DNA from: a virus
Virus record (IMG/VR): IMGVR_UViG_3300035703_000076
Coordinates: 4,947 to 68,946 of that record
Reading direction: 5' to 3' (one strand)
Length of the DNA: 64,000 nt
The translations under genes were made by a program, and so were the position numbers. Positions 24,169-35,114 of the stretch are shown piece after piece. The notes beneath the pieces were generated by a model. The model had not been told where the DNA came from. It saw only the letters and a program-made list of their open reading frames with translations, and searched no databases. The first letter of the stretch is position 1, and every line of letters starts with the position of its first letter.

Positions 24169-26124
24169 ATGGGTTTAATTAAAAACAATCAATACTTTAA
24201 GTCTTTACCGAAAGACGTTGCTGACGTATTGGAAAAATTCGACCCCAAAAAACCTATTTTTCAATTTACGAATATACCTACTTTTCGGACAAATCTTGAA
24301 AAGGAAAAGTATTGGGCAACAGAATTTGAAAGGTGGAATGTTGGATATGGTGGACTTCCTGCAACCTTGTACTTTATGGCAACTCAAGGGATGCTTAAAA
24401 ATCGTATAACAGGTGGGTTAGAACGTCCCGTTTGTCGTGATGTTGATTTGTACCTTCACACAAGACTTGAGATTGCAAAGAAACAAAAACGTAGCGCAGG
24501 AATATTAAAAGGTAGGGGTGTTGGGCTATCAACCTTGTTTGGCATATTGGCTAATCATACTATGCTTATAAAGCCTGGTAGTAATATTAATATGACCTCA
24601 AAAGACCAGCCAACCCTTGCTAAGATTTTTTCCGACAAATTGATTGTTTGCTACGAGAATCTTCATAAGGATATACGACCCGAAGAAAAGAACAGAAACG
24701 AAACCAAACAAACCTCTTACCTTGCTGTAAAAAGCGAATATGTTAATCAGTTTGGTGAAACAAAAGAAGGGGTGAGTACAATCTTTGCAAGGGAAACTTC
24801 TGATAGCGATAAAAGTGCTTCTTCTTTTTCGGGTAGTGGTGCTGCATTAGGTTTATACGACGAGCTTCCTTTGCATAGAAGGAAAAACAAGCTTTTAAAC
24901 TCGTCTATTGAGTGTTATAGAAATCCAAGGACAAAAGAACTTGATGGATTTTTGATTTGGGGAGGAACGGTGGAGGACACTTTAACAAACGATGACTTGA
25001 TGGAGTTCAAGAAAACTGTTGAAAAGTCTGACACTTGGAAAAGCGATATAATTTTTCTTGACTGTCTTTGGGGTTTTCAAAAAACAAGCACCGATTATAC
25101 GGGATGGACAGATTGGGAGAACGGGCAAATATGGTATGAAAAGGAAATCGAAAGTATGATTTCTAAGTCTGACGATGAAGCTATACGTTCTTTTAAGAAA
25201 AACAACCCAAGAAGTATTAATGATATTTTTGAACTTGCTCAAGGCGGATTTTGGGAGGACGATGTTGCTTCAATAGCCAAGCAGCACTACGATGAATTGA
25301 TTTCAATTCCCGAAGCCAAGATGCCTCTTGTAACAGGAAACATATTTAGAAACGGAAGAAAATCTACCTTTATGCCAAGCGCAAAAGGTTTTTGTGAAGT
25401 TATTGAACAACCAAAAAGTGGGGTAAAATATTTTATCGGCGTGGATGGTGCTGCTTCGCAAGAAAACACAACCAATAGTTCTGAAAAGGATAGGTCTAAG
25501 GTGTCGGCAACGGTGATGAAAATATACGAAAGCCCCGAAGGGTTGAATTTTGCTCCTGTTTGCCAATATACAGAACTTCCAAAACAAATGGAAAAGTGTT
25601 ACGAGGTATTAACCGCTCTTGCCACTTGGTATAACGCTAAAGTGCATATTGAATCCAACCAAGGACAAGCAACAGGAATTGTAACGTATTTTATAAACCA
25701 AAATCTTGAAGATTATTTATTTGCCCTTCAAGCGGAGGTGGGGACACATATATTAAAGAAGAAAGCAATATACGGTCAATATAGAACGGAGCAAATATTG
25801 TCTAAGCAAATTGACCTTGGAAATATTTATCTAAGAAAACATTGTAAGGATATTTTTATCCCTTCATTGATGTATGAAATAGCTTTTGCAAATCATACAG
25901 ACAACTTTGATAGGCTAAGTAGCTTTTTAACGGTTCTTGCTATTGCTTGGCCTTTAATAAACAAGCCTATTCAAAAAGAAAATAAAATTCAGCAATTCAT
26001 AGAACACCCTGTAATGGTAAGGAATCAAGACGGAAGTTGGGGGTGGGGTATGAAAAGGCAATATCTTGTAAATCCACACGAACACACAAATAATCTTTTA
26101 CCCGACACATACTCAAGACAATGA
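24169..26124 (+). CDS. terL: terminase large subunit
   Basis: LKGRGVGLS (Walker A), LGLYDE (Walker B), GGT coupling motif, FIGVDG RNase H-like nuclease. Confidence 0.9.
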   Translation: MGLIKNNQYFKSLPKDVADVLEKFDPKKPIFQFTNIPTFRTNLEKEKYWATEFERWNVGYGGLPATLYFMATQGMLKNRITGGLERPVCRDVDLYLHTRLEIAKKQKRSAGILKGRGVGLSTLFGILANHTMLIKPGSNINMTSKDQPTLAKIFSDKLIVCYENLHKDIRPEEKNRNETKQTSYLAVKSEYVNQFGETKEGVSTIFARETSDSDKSASSFSGSGAALGLYDELPLHRRKNKLLNSSIECYRNPRTKELDGFLIWGGTVEDTLTNDDLMEFKKTVEKSDTWKSDIIFLDCLWGFQKTSTDYTGWTDWENGQIWYEKEIESMISKSDDEAIRSFKKNNPRSINDIFELAQGGFWEDDVASIAKQHYDELISIPEAKMPLVTGNIFRNGRKSTFMPSAKGFCEVIEQPKSGVKYFIGVDGAASQENTTNSSEKDRSKVSATVMKIYESPEGLNFAPVCQYTELPKQMEKCYEVLTALATWYNAKVHIESNQGQATGIVTYFINQNLEDYLFALQAEVGTHILKKKAIYGQYRTEQILSKQIDLGNIYLRKHCKDIFIPSLMYEIAFANHTDNFDRLSSFLTVLAIAWPLINKPIQKENKIQQFIEHPVMVRNQDGSWGWGMKRQYLVNPHEHTNNLLPDTYSRQ

Positions 26125-28343
26125 TTTCATTAAACATGATTGAACCCCAGGTTTTTCGTCCTGACCCTTGGATTAGCAAAAACGAAATCGACAAACAAAT
26201 GGTTGAAGTCGATGAGGACAAAAGGCAGATTACTTGGTTTAGTCAAAACCTTAGATTTTTCTTATACAACTATTACAACCGACCTGCTGGAAGTTGGTCT
26301 ATTGACGACCCAATGGAGAATCTTCGGATTGTTTCAAGGGGTGTTGAGTTTAGTAGGTACTTGTTTGGAAAGCAAAACAATCTTTTCTACAAGCAGTTTA
26401 CAACGGATATGGATAACAACAATCTTCAAGTTCGTTGGGAGGCAGGAAAGGAAATTTCAAATATTTACAGGCATCATTTAGGTTTGTTTGAAAAACAACT
26501 TGGAAACAAGAAGATAACTGCATTAACTTTAAGTAGAGATGTTGTTGTTGAAAGGAAAGCGTTTATTGAGGCGGCAATGCTTCAAGGTAGCGAAGAGTTT
26601 ATGCAAGTTCTTGGTCAAATTGATGGAATGAGCTTAAATCCACTTGGAACAAAAGAGAACCCTAAAACTCCGCAAAAAGCTGCGGAAATGGCTATGAAGA
26701 AGTGGAAAGACAAGGCGGCTGACAATGCAGTTAAATTGGGGTACGCCTTGCAAGAGGGGCAGTTTATGGATATGATTATGAAGGCTTGTTTTGCTGACAA
26801 GTATGCCGCAAACTTTACAGGCGTTAGTATCCTTGCAAAAAATGGAAAGCCCGAAATTCAGCATCATCCCTTTTACAATTTGTTTTGGGAGAAAGCGACA
26901 AACGACCCCTTCAATAGAAAAATGAAAGCTGCTGGGTATATCGAGCAATTAACTGCCCAAGAAATATTAACAAGGTGGAGTGTAAACGAGCAAACGGCAC
27001 AAGAAATAAAAGATGCGTATATGAACATAACGCCAAACGCCAACTATTATAATTGGCCTTTATTTTCTTGGTATGGCCCTGCGACAACAAGCAGAGCAGG
27101 AACGATAAGCGTTGTTACTTGTTTTTGGATTGGGCCAAGACACTTAAACAAAAAGAAAATAAATGACAAGTATGGCAACGTAAATTACGTTAAGCCAAGA
27201 AAGAACGAAAAGTCTGAACTTGTAACAAACGATTTATACTATTGTGTTTTTGCTGGTGATAGATGGATTTTGGAAGAAGGTCTTGCAAATAATGTTGTTC
27301 GTTCTTGGGACAACAAGAGCAACCCTGAAATGCCCATCAAGATTTTTGATGGATTCAATATAATGGGCGATGGCACGTCTATGGTTGGTCTTATGAATCA
27401 AATCCAAGATATGCTTGACTTCCTTCGGTTCAAGATTAAATCCATTATGGCAAGGGATAAGGGTGTTGTATATTTGATGGATGGAAGCAAATTGAACAGC
27501 CTTACTGATAATCCGAAAAGGCTTATCAATGACTTTAGTGCTTTTGGTTTTAGCGTATACAATGGTGCATCAGGCGAGTATGGGGACGTTCAGTTTGGTG
27601 ATGGTGAACTAATAAAGCCGCTTGACTTTAGGCTTGATAGCGCAGCAATAAACGTATACACCAACCAATATGCTTTCTTCCTTAATCAAATGGAGAAGAT
27701 TGCATCATTAAGCGGCGTTGCTATGGGGCAACAAACAACCTACGTTTCGGAGAAGGTGAGAAAAGCCTCAATGGAAGCTGCATATACAGGACTGCTTTCC
27801 GAGTTTACCAACTTTACAAGGTACGAAGAAGAGATTTTGCAATACGCAGTAAACTTGTATATTTTGCTTTTAAAAGGCAAGAAAGAAAACATTGTTATTG
27901 GCAAGGAAGGTATTGATGTGCTTGATGTTGATGGAGAATGGACGTTGCAAGATGTTTTGATATACCTCAAAACAGACGATGTTATTGATGAAGAAAGAAA
28001 ACTAAGCCTTGATGGAAAACTTCTTGCTTACTTACAAAATAGTGGAAACCCAAATAGCGCAGAAGCGTTCTTGACTTCAATTAAAATGATGAAGGCGGAA
28101 ACGTATCAAGAGGCGGAAGATATTTTAGAGGACTATATCGAGAAAGCTAAAAAAGCCCTTGACGAAGCAAATGCACAAGCACAAGCAATGAAACTTGCAG
28201 AAATGCAAAACTATCAAAACGCTGTTGACAAACAAGAGTCGGGAGCAACGGCAAGAAAGGAAATGGAGGTTAACTCTAAAATGGCAGTTGAAGCAGCAAA
28301 TCTTGAAGCAAAAGAACAAGAAATGCAGCAACCTTCGGCTTAA
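26121..28343 (+). CDS. portal protein
   Basis: 740 aa between TerL and scaffold; helical, coiled-coil C-terminus. Confidence 0.8.
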   Translation: MISLNMIEPQVFRPDPWISKNEIDKQMVEVDEDKRQITWFSQNLRFFLYNYYNRPAGSWSIDDPMENLRIVSRGVEFSRYLFGKQNNLFYKQFTTDMDNNNLQVRWEAGKEISNIYRHHLGLFEKQLGNKKITALTLSRDVVVERKAFIEAAMLQGSEEFMQVLGQIDGMSLNPLGTKENPKTPQKAAEMAMKKWKDKAADNAVKLGYALQEGQFMDMIMKACFADKYAANFTGVSILAKNGKPEIQHHPFYNLFWEKATNDPFNRKMKAAGYIEQLTAQEILTRWSVNEQTAQEIKDAYMNITPNANYYNWPLFSWYGPATTSRAGTISVVTCFWIGPRHLNKKKINDKYGNVNYVKPRKNEKSELVTNDLYYCVFAGDRWILEEGLANNVVRSWDNKSNPEMPIKIFDGFNIMGDGTSMVGLMNQIQDMLDFLRFKIKSIMARDKGVVYLMDGSKLNSLTDNPKRLINDFSAFGFSVYNGASGEYGDVQFGDGELIKPLDFRLDSAAINVYTNQYAFFLNQMEKIASLSGVAMGQQTTYVSEKVRKASMEAAYTGLLSEFTNFTRYEEEILQYAVNLYILLLKGKKENIVIGKEGIDVLDVDGEWTLQDVLIYLKTDDVIDEERKLSLDGKLLAYLQNSGNPNSAEAFLTSIKMMKAETYQEAEDILEDYIEKAKKALDEANAQAQAMKLAEMQNYQNAVDKQESGATARKEMEVNSKMAVEAANLEAKEQEMQQPSA

Positions 28344-28498
28344 ATTTTATACCTTTCTCTAAGGATTTGATTTATAAGTTCAGTTGGGCTTATATCTCTT
28401 TCTTGGCATTCTTGACGAAATTTTCTTAGTAAATTAGGACGAGGGGTAATTCTCAACAAAGAGGATTGCCCCTTTCTGCTTGTTGCAATTTTTTCCAT
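28340..28498 (-). CDS. ribbon-helix-helix-like regulator (52 aa), counter-oriented
   Basis: MEKI...LRIT....L...F...C....IS..ELIN..L; TATATTTG box 4 nt before the ATG. Confidence 0.65.
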   Translation of the reverse strand: MEKIATSRKGQSSLLRITPRPNLLRKFRQECQERDISPTELINQILRERYKI

Positions 28499-28591
28499 TA
28501 GGCAAATATAGGCAATTAAACCGATATACATAACTTTCTTAATGTATAAGCCAAGGTATTTTTGTGGTTGATTTATAAAAACGAAAGCAAA

Positions 28592-29704
28592 ATGGAAAAC
28601 AGCAACGAAATGGACTGGACACAAAACCCAGCATTGACGCAAGCAATTGAAAGCAAAACCGTTCAACAAACAGAAGCTCCGAAAGGGGATTTGATGGAAG
28701 AAAAGGTTGAAACGATTGAAAGTGAAACAAAAGTCGAAAAACCTGTTGAACAAGCGAATCCTCAAGGGGAGCAAGAGCAGCAAATTGAAGTTAATAAGGC
28801 TGCTGAATCAAAGGATGATATTTTTGATGTTGATGATTCAGAAGTTTTTTCTCAAATCATTACCGACCCAAGTAAGGAGAAAGAAGTACAAGAAAACAAA
28901 ATCAACCCAGAGGTTGAAAAGAAAATAAAGTTCCTTGAAGATTTAGAATCAGACCCAATTGCCAAATTGGTTATTGAAGCAAGATTAAGAGGCGAAGATG
29001 TTTATGAGGCTTTAGAGAAAGTAAAACCAATCAATGTAGAAAAACTTTCTATTGATGATTTGAAGAAAGAATACTTTAAAGAAGCGGAAAAAACATTAAA
29101 ACAAATTGGACTTGATGAAGACGAGGTGAGGGATGAAATGGAAAGGGAGATGGACAAGTTCAATGATATGACAAGGCTTGAACAAGCTCAAAAGCTTGGC
29201 GACATAAAGCAGAAAATGATAGCGGAAAATGCCAAACGCTTGGAAGAAGCAGGCAACAATCCGTTTAAACAAGCAGCAGCCAAGTTAAGTGAGATAAGAA
29301 AGCAAAATATAGAAAACGCACAGGCAGAATGGGGGCAAATGAAAAAAGACCTTGTTGGTAAGTCGATGTATGGTTTGGAATTAACCCAAGAACGTATCGG
29401 CATGGTTGAAAAATTCATTCAACACCCAAACTACCCTCCCGTTTTAAACTCTGATGGCTCTATCAATATGCAAAAAACCTTCCTTTTGTACGGGCCTTAT
29501 GCACTTCGGAATGATGTGTCAAAGGCAATAGCGGCAAAAGCAAAAGGTGAAGGCAAAGATGAAGTTTACAGAGAGGTGACACGCCCTGACGATTACACCA
29601 CAAGGCGACCAAATTCACCAGCGTTGAACGGCAATACTGACCGCAAGACGGCATTAGCAAACACAATCGCAGAGGCGTTCGGTGGTGGCCTCGACAAATT
29701 TTAA
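28592..29704 (+). CDS. capsid scaffolding protein
   Basis: Acidic coiled-coil protein directly upstream of the capsid gene; own promoter box. Confidence 0.7.
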   Translation: MENSNEMDWTQNPALTQAIESKTVQQTEAPKGDLMEEKVETIESETKVEKPVEQANPQGEQEQQIEVNKAAESKDDIFDVDDSEVFSQIITDPSKEKEVQENKINPEVEKKIKFLEDLESDPIAKLVIEARLRGEDVYEALEKVKPINVEKLSIDDLKKEYFKEAEKTLKQIGLDEDEVRDEMEREMDKFNDMTRLEQAQKLGDIKQKMIAENAKRLEEAGNNPFKQAAAKLSEIRKQNIENAQAEWGQMKKDLVGKSMYGLELTQERIGMVEKFIQHPNYPPVLNSDGSINMQKTFLLYGPYALRNDVSKAIAAKAKGEGKDEVYREVTRPDDYTTRRPNSPALNGNTDRKTALANTIAEAFGGGLDKF

Positions 29705-29726
29705 CAACAATTTTTAATCAAAAAAA

Positions 29727-31112
29727 ATGGCACAAGCTTTAACCCCCAACACAAACCTGATTGCGAACGGTTTGACGCTTCCTTCGTTGGATAGCATGAA
29801 ACTCGCCGCAGACATTTCAGGTCAATATTGCGAATTTATGAAAGTAATTTGGATGCTCAACTATGACCGTCCAATGGAAGAAATGAGTATTTCCACAGTT
29901 GATGGTAAACGTACAACTACAATTCTTCCTGACACAATCCGTACTGCTACCTTGGCTGCAAATGCAATTCCTCTTGGTGGTGGACAATTTCAAGTAACCT
30001 TTACAGACCCTAACTACTCTTTGTTCCGTGTTGACGACATCATCCGTGATACCTACGCCAACAAATCGGCTCGTGTGGTTAGCTTTGTACCAGGTTCGGC
30101 TATCATTACTGCTGCTGATGCAACAGGTATTAACGTAGCTTCTCAATTCCTTGCAGGACGCAACGTAACTTGTTTAGATGGTGTTCAATCTCCAAACCTT
30201 TACAGTTCTTCTCCTGATGGAATCTACAACGACCCAAGCCAACAATTCAACTACGCTAACATCGTTCGTGAAGGAGCGCAAATTAGCCGTCGTAATGGAG
30301 TTGATTCCACAATGGTTCAATTCAAAGGTAAAGGTTGGTACTTTGCTTATGAGCAACAAATGGTACAACGTATCTTCCGTGGTCTTTCTTTCCGTTTCTT
30401 GTTTGGCGACCGTTTCTCTGATGGTACTCGTAACTACAATGGCGGATTGGATTGGTTAATTCCAAACCGTGGTGGTTCAGTTTTCTCTTTGCCAACTCCA
30501 TTTAGCTTGACTGACATCAACGATTGGATTCAAAAAATCATCATTTCAAACGCTACTCCAACTTTGGATATTTGGGCTTTCTGCGGAACACAATTTATGT
30601 TGAGATTTCAACAACTTGCTACCGCTAACGCCCAATACATTACCAACCTTGGCCCACGTGCGGAACTTAACGGTAAATCATTGGTTAACTACAACGTGAT
30701 GACTTATAGCATTATGGGTGTAAACGTAACCTTTATGCGTCTACCTGTTCTTGACTACGCTAAAGCGTTCCCTGATGTATCAGTAAACGGTGGTTTGAAA
30801 TCTTCTTGGACTTGTTATATGATGAACCTTGCCCCAATCCCAGGTGTGGGTGGTGGAATGTTGCCAGCTCTTGAGTTCTTCTACTTTGGCGCACAACCTG
30901 TATTCTATGGTTATGTTGCAGGAACAATCAAAGATTGGAACGGAGTAGCAGGCGGCTCAATGGGTTCAGTAAACGCCCTTGCAGGTGACGTGAATCTTGC
31001 CTCTTACCTAAGCGCAACTGATAAAGACGGTATTTCTGCCTATATCGGTGCTGACGTGGGAATTGACGCTCGTGACACTAAAGCAATGGTTAAATTCTAC
31101 ATTAGCGCATAA
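29727..31112 (+). CDS. major capsid protein
   Basis: 461 aa; position; high-expression codon bias; FLFG.R......GGL motif; followed by a GC hairpin. Confidence 0.8.
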   Translation: MAQALTPNTNLIANGLTLPSLDSMKLAADISGQYCEFMKVIWMLNYDRPMEEMSISTVDGKRTTTILPDTIRTATLAANAIPLGGGQFQVTFTDPNYSLFRVDDIIRDTYANKSARVVSFVPGSAIITAADATGINVASQFLAGRNVTCLDGVQSPNLYSSSPDGIYNDPSQQFNYANIVREGAQISRRNGVDSTMVQFKGKGWYFAYEQQMVQRIFRGLSFRFLFGDRFSDGTRNYNGGLDWLIPNRGGSVFSLPTPFSLTDINDWIQKIIISNATPTLDIWAFCGTQFMLRFQQLATANAQYITNLGPRAELNGKSLVNYNVMTYSIMGVNVTFMRLPVLDYAKAFPDVSVNGGLKSSWTCYMMNLAPIPGVGGGMLPALEFFYFGAQPVFYGYVAGTIKDWNGVAGGSMGSVNALAGDVNLASYLSATDKDGISAYIGADVGIDARDTKAMVKFYISA

Positions 31113-31128
31113 TTAAGTAAACACATTT

Positions 31129-31146
31129 GGGGGCTTATACGCCCCC
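31129..31146 (+). other. GC hairpin after the capsid gene (no T tract; stabiliser or weak terminator)
   Basis: GGGGGC-TTATAC-GCCCCC. Confidence 0.6.
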
Positions 31147-31170
31147 TTAATAAAAAAATCAAACAAAAAA

Positions 31171-32238
31171 ATGACACCTCCAATAGTAAACATTCTTAAC
31201 ACCGTAACAGGTGCGGCTGATGCCACAATTACAGGTGGAAAAGTTGCTTTTCCAAACGTATCAGGTTTTCCTGTAATTGACTACTTGAAAATCAAGGATT
31301 CAGTTTTCAATCAATCAACTGTTTATACACCAGTAACTCCTGTTGTATTTGCCGCAGGATGCAAACGTGCCTTGCAAGAACAATCAGCAAGTTTTGACAT
31401 CACCTTTACTGCTGCTAACAGCACAACTTATGCTTTTACAATTGAGCAAGTTGTAAACGAAAGATTGCAAGTTGTTCCATTTTCATTCACCTCTGATTCA
31501 ACTGCTACTGCTGCTGAAATCGCAGGTGCTTTTGTAAGTGCAATCAACGCTGCAACTTCCTTGCGTGTAACTGCATCAGGAACAGGCTCTCCTATAACTG
31601 TTGTTGCTCAACCAATCGTAAATGGTGGAACTGCCAACTTTACAATCATTCCACAAGGTAACGTAGCCGTTGACTTGACAAAAAACGCTGCTTTATCGGC
31701 AGGTGGTGGAAGCGCAATTAGCGGTATTACCAATGCTACACCAAGAGTTGTAAGTGCTACTGCTCACGGCTTGAAAAATGGACAAACAATCGTATTGAGA
31801 GCTTGCGCAGGTGCGGGAGCTACTTCTGTAAACGGAATTGCTTTCCAAGTTCAAGTGGTTAATGCAAACTCTTTTAGCCTTGTAGGTTCAACAAATGCTG
31901 GTGCTATTACAGTTGCCGCAGTAGAGGTTTATTTTCCTGGTCAAGAGCCTTTGGGTCAATATGCTGATGTATTGAAAAGTCTTGTTGCCGCAGGAAGCAC
32001 AAACTTGCCAACTGTTGGTCAGCAATATGCTCAAGTTAACCTTGTGTACAACACAGACGATACATCTTTGTTGAACACTCAAAGGGAAGACTACAACCAA
32101 GCAATTCTTTGGGTTAACCAAGGTTCTTCCACTACCGTATCTGCTGCTCCTGACGCAAACTACTTGCTTCTTGAAACGCAGGTTGCTACTATCTTGGGTG
32201 GTGGCGGAAGTGCTTACCTTGCTGTTCCAACTCCTTAA
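31171..32238 (+). CDS. auxiliary capsid/decoration protein with FCCH-like inserted domain
   Basis: A/T/G-rich beta protein after the capsid gene; ITNATP.VV....HGL.NGQ motif. Confidence 0.65.
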   Translation: MTPPIVNILNTVTGAADATITGGKVAFPNVSGFPVIDYLKIKDSVFNQSTVYTPVTPVVFAAGCKRALQEQSASFDITFTAANSTTYAFTIEQVVNERLQVVPFSFTSDSTATAAEIAGAFVSAINAATSLRVTASGTGSPITVVAQPIVNGGTANFTIIPQGNVAVDLTKNAALSAGGGSAISGITNATPRVVSATAHGLKNGQTIVLRACAGAGATSVNGIAFQVQVVNANSFSLVGSTNAGAITVAAVEVYFPGQEPLGQYADVLKSLVAAGSTNLPTVGQQYAQVNLVYNTDDTSLLNTQREDYNQAILWVNQGSSTTVSAAPDANYLLLETQVATILGGGGSAYLAVPTP

Positions 32239-32266
32239 TTTGTCTTAGCAAACTGAAAGCCTTATG

Positions 32267-32293
32267 GGGGGCTATTGACTTAGCCCCCTTTTT
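32267..32293 (+). terminator. rho-independent terminator
   Basis: GGGGGCTA-TTGACT-TAGCCCCC-TTTTT. Confidence 0.85.
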
Positions 32294-32317
32294 ATTAATC
32301 AAAAAAAAGAAAGCAAA

Positions 32318-33466
32318 ATGAAAAACAAAGTATTACCAGCAGGCACTTACATCGTTGAGGCCAACTCTTCTGAACTTACAGAAGGAACACACGTTATCCC
32401 AGGTGTATACAGGGATGGAACAAAAACCGTATATCTTCTTACTGATTTTGGAATTTCAGACGAATCGCCCGAAATAGGTTCAGGCAAAACCAAATGGAAC
32501 TTGGAGCTAAAAAGGGGCTATGAATCGCATCCTTTTGAAATTACCATCACGGATATGGATGATGACAATGAGCGTTCAAGAAAAGAATCGTTCATTTTAG
32601 CTTTGCGTAGACATAGCCATTGCAACAATCCTGAAAACTCCAACTACAAATTTGTTACTCCATCGTTTAAGGTAATCAACAAGGCTGATAAAATCAATGA
32701 GCGTGTTGGAATTATCAAAGGCAAAGGAAGTGTATACAACTACATTAGCGACCTTACCTTTGAAGAATTGCGTGACCTTGAATTTGCGGAAGGCGGAAAT
32801 GCTATTGGGAAAACATACGATGACCTTTTTGTGAAATGGGCTGATTTTGACACAAGCCCTGCAATGATTGACCCTGAAAACTTTATGAGGAAACAAAAAG
32901 GAAGCGACAGGGCTATTGAGGTTATTGTAAACAAAGCAATCAGGCTTCTTATTGTTGAACAAAGGGATGGTTACTATTATATTAGCGGTGAACTGATTGG
33001 TAAATCGGTTGCCGATGTAATTAACTATTGCAAAGAAAACACCGAGAAGTACGAAAAGCATATTCTACCAATGGTGAGAAAGTCGGATGTTCTTTTGGAA
33101 ACTCCTGAAAAATCTGCAAGAATTGTTGCCAACCCAAACGAGGAAGCAAAACAAGAGCAAGCAAAAAGGGATGAATTACGCAAGATTTGTTTTCAAAAAG
33201 GAATCCATTACAACCATACTTGGACTTCTTCTAAGTTAGAGGCTTTGATTCAGGAATATGACAATGCTCCTGAGAATAGCACTTTAAGAAAAGAGGCTAA
33301 GATTATGGCTAAGGAAAACGAAAAGGTTGGCGAAAAAGTAAGGATGAAAACTGTTGTTGCCTATTTAAAAACCTACAATGTTCCCCACGTTGAGGGCGAC
33401 ACGTTGGAGAATTTAGAAAAGGCAATGAAAAATCATCAGCTTGAAAAAGCCGCCGCAGCACTTTAA
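32318..33466 (+). CDS. conserved virion-module protein of unknown function
   Basis: 382-aa ORF between head and neck genes. Confidence 0.75.
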   Translation: MKNKVLPAGTYIVEANSSELTEGTHVIPGVYRDGTKTVYLLTDFGISDESPEIGSGKTKWNLELKRGYESHPFEITITDMDDDNERSRKESFILALRRHSHCNNPENSNYKFVTPSFKVINKADKINERVGIIKGKGSVYNYISDLTFEELRDLEFAEGGNAIGKTYDDLFVKWADFDTSPAMIDPENFMRKQKGSDRAIEVIVNKAIRLLIVEQRDGYYYISGELIGKSVADVINYCKENTEKYEKHILPMVRKSDVLLETPEKSARIVANPNEEAKQEQAKRDELRKICFQKGIHYNHTWTSSKLEALIQEYDNAPENSTLRKEAKIMAKENEKVGEKVRMKTVVAYLKTYNVPHVEGDTLENLEKAMKNHQLEKAAAAL

Positions 33467-33490
33467 TATACACCCTCAACCCCTATGTAT

Positions 33491-33522
33491 AAGCCGCTTT
33501 TAATCAAGGCGGCTTTCTTTTT
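33491..33522 (+). terminator. rho-independent terminator
   Basis: AAGCCGCTT-TTAATC-AAGGCGGCTT-TCTTTTT. Confidence 0.8.
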
Positions 33523-33585
33523 GCCTAAAAACATCCACAACTTTAATTTAAGTGTAAAATAAGCTATATTTTTGCGTATACAACC

Positions 33586-34482
33586 ATGACAGGCTTAGAA
33601 CTAAAACGCATATTTGACCTTCAAGTCGACAAGGACTACACAGGCTATTGGGACAATATTAAGCTCAATAGAATCTTTGCAAGAGCCTTGATTAATGCGA
33701 TGGAGAAGATTTATCGTAATTTGTCTGAACAAGGCGAATACGATGAATTAAGGGGCTTTATTAAAGTTAACAGAACCTTTACCCCCGCAGCGTTTAATAT
33801 TCTGTATACGGACATAACCGCTACTGCTACACCAAACATACAGGACTACTACCACTTGTTGCACGTTAGCGCACAATTTAACGAGCCGCTTTATAATGTA
33901 AATGTTGTTTCAGCAACCAACGCAAGTCCAATAGTTGTAACCTTTAGTGGTCAAAACAATATACGGACAGGAGATAAGTTGTTTTTTAGTGGTGCTGTTG
34001 GCAATACTAACCTTAATGGTTTAAGGTATCCGAAAAAGGTAAAGAACAATGTGTTTGCTTTATACCTGGACGAGAACTTTCAAACCCCAACCACAGGAAA
34101 CGGAGCGTACACAACATTGAGCGCAAGCGTAGCGAGGTATTGGTATGAGGCTTGTCAAAGGTATTTTTCTGACAGAAAGAATACGCAGTTTGGTTCACCC
34201 TCAGCAAGCAATCCAAAGTTTGAACAACAAAATGGAACGGCTTTAACGCCAACTATGATTTTGTTTCATCCGTTAACCTTGCAATGCAACCAAGTTAGCG
34301 TAGATTATATTTCTCAACCTCCACAAGTTATTGACGTTGCTGACAATGTAATTGACCTTGAAAGGTGGTACGACAAAACAATGCTTTACCTTGTTGTTGA
34401 ACAAGCCTCTTTATTGGCTGCACAACAAATAAGGGATGGTGAACTTTATCAATCTACGGCTGCTCAAATAGTACAACAATGA
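33586..34482 (+). CDS. tail ring/adaptor protein with FCCH-like insertion
   Basis: MT..EL...F...DK N-terminus and Y...P C-terminus resemble crAss-type ring proteins; ATNASP.VVT insert. Confidence 0.6.
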   Translation: MTGLELKRIFDLQVDKDYTGYWDNIKLNRIFARALINAMEKIYRNLSEQGEYDELRGFIKVNRTFTPAAFNILYTDITATATPNIQDYYHLLHVSAQFNEPLYNVNVVSATNASPIVVTFSGQNNIRTGDKLFFSGAVGNTNLNGLRYPKKVKNNVFALYLDENFQTPTTGNGAYTTLSASVARYWYEACQRYFSDRKNTQFGSPSASNPKFEQQNGTALTPTMILFHPLTLQCNQVSVDYISQPPQVIDVADNVIDLERWYDKTMLYLVVEQASLLAAQQIRDGELYQSTAAQIVQQ

Positions 34483-35114
34483 CAGGAAACGAAGTATACG
34501 AAAGATTTGTAAGGCTTGCATCTGCTGGTATTCAAACCGACGAAAGCCGTTGGGATGAGCCTTATGTTCAAAACCTTGTTGACACTTGTAGGGCAACTGC
34601 TATACAAACGATTTATGTAAAGACTAAAATCATTCACCCCAATTGGGTTCAAGAATTGAATTTAGAATTTAGCGAAGATTTGCAAGAGGATAATTGTTTT
34701 CAACGATTTGAATGTCCGATGTTTGTTTCTCTTGATGGAAGCACTCAAGGGCTGATGTTTGCAGGAAGCCAAAGAAACAATTGCACAATTCCTGTTGTTC
34801 GTACAAGAGCAGAACTTGGAATTTATCAAAACAATAGGGTTACAGCAAACAGAATGATGGGGTTGTATGTTTACCCTTACCTCGATATTTACCAAAAGGG
34901 CATAATGCTTGAACAAGTAAGAGTTAGTGGCGTATTTCAATATCCATTTCAACTTCCTACATACAACAAAATGATTGACGAATATCCTGTTACAACGGAT
35001 GTTCTTGAAATAATGGAAGAAATTTGGGTAAATAAACTTAAAGTTATTATGGCAACGCCACTTGACATTTTGCCTGATTCAAAAGAAACCCCAGCAACAC
35101 TACCTAAACAATGA
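34479..35114 (+). CDS. tail ring/adaptor protein
   Basis: Position; GVF..P...EYP motif. Confidence 0.6.
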   Translation: MTGNEVYERFVRLASAGIQTDESRWDEPYVQNLVDTCRATAIQTIYVKTKIIHPNWVQELNLEFSEDLQEDNCFQRFECPMFVSLDGSTQGLMFAGSQRNNCTIPVVRTRAELGIYQNNRVTANRMMGLYVYPYLDIYQKGIMLEQVRVSGVFQYPFQLPTYNKMIDEYPVTTDVLEIMEEIWVNKLKVIMATPLDILPDSKETPATLPKQ

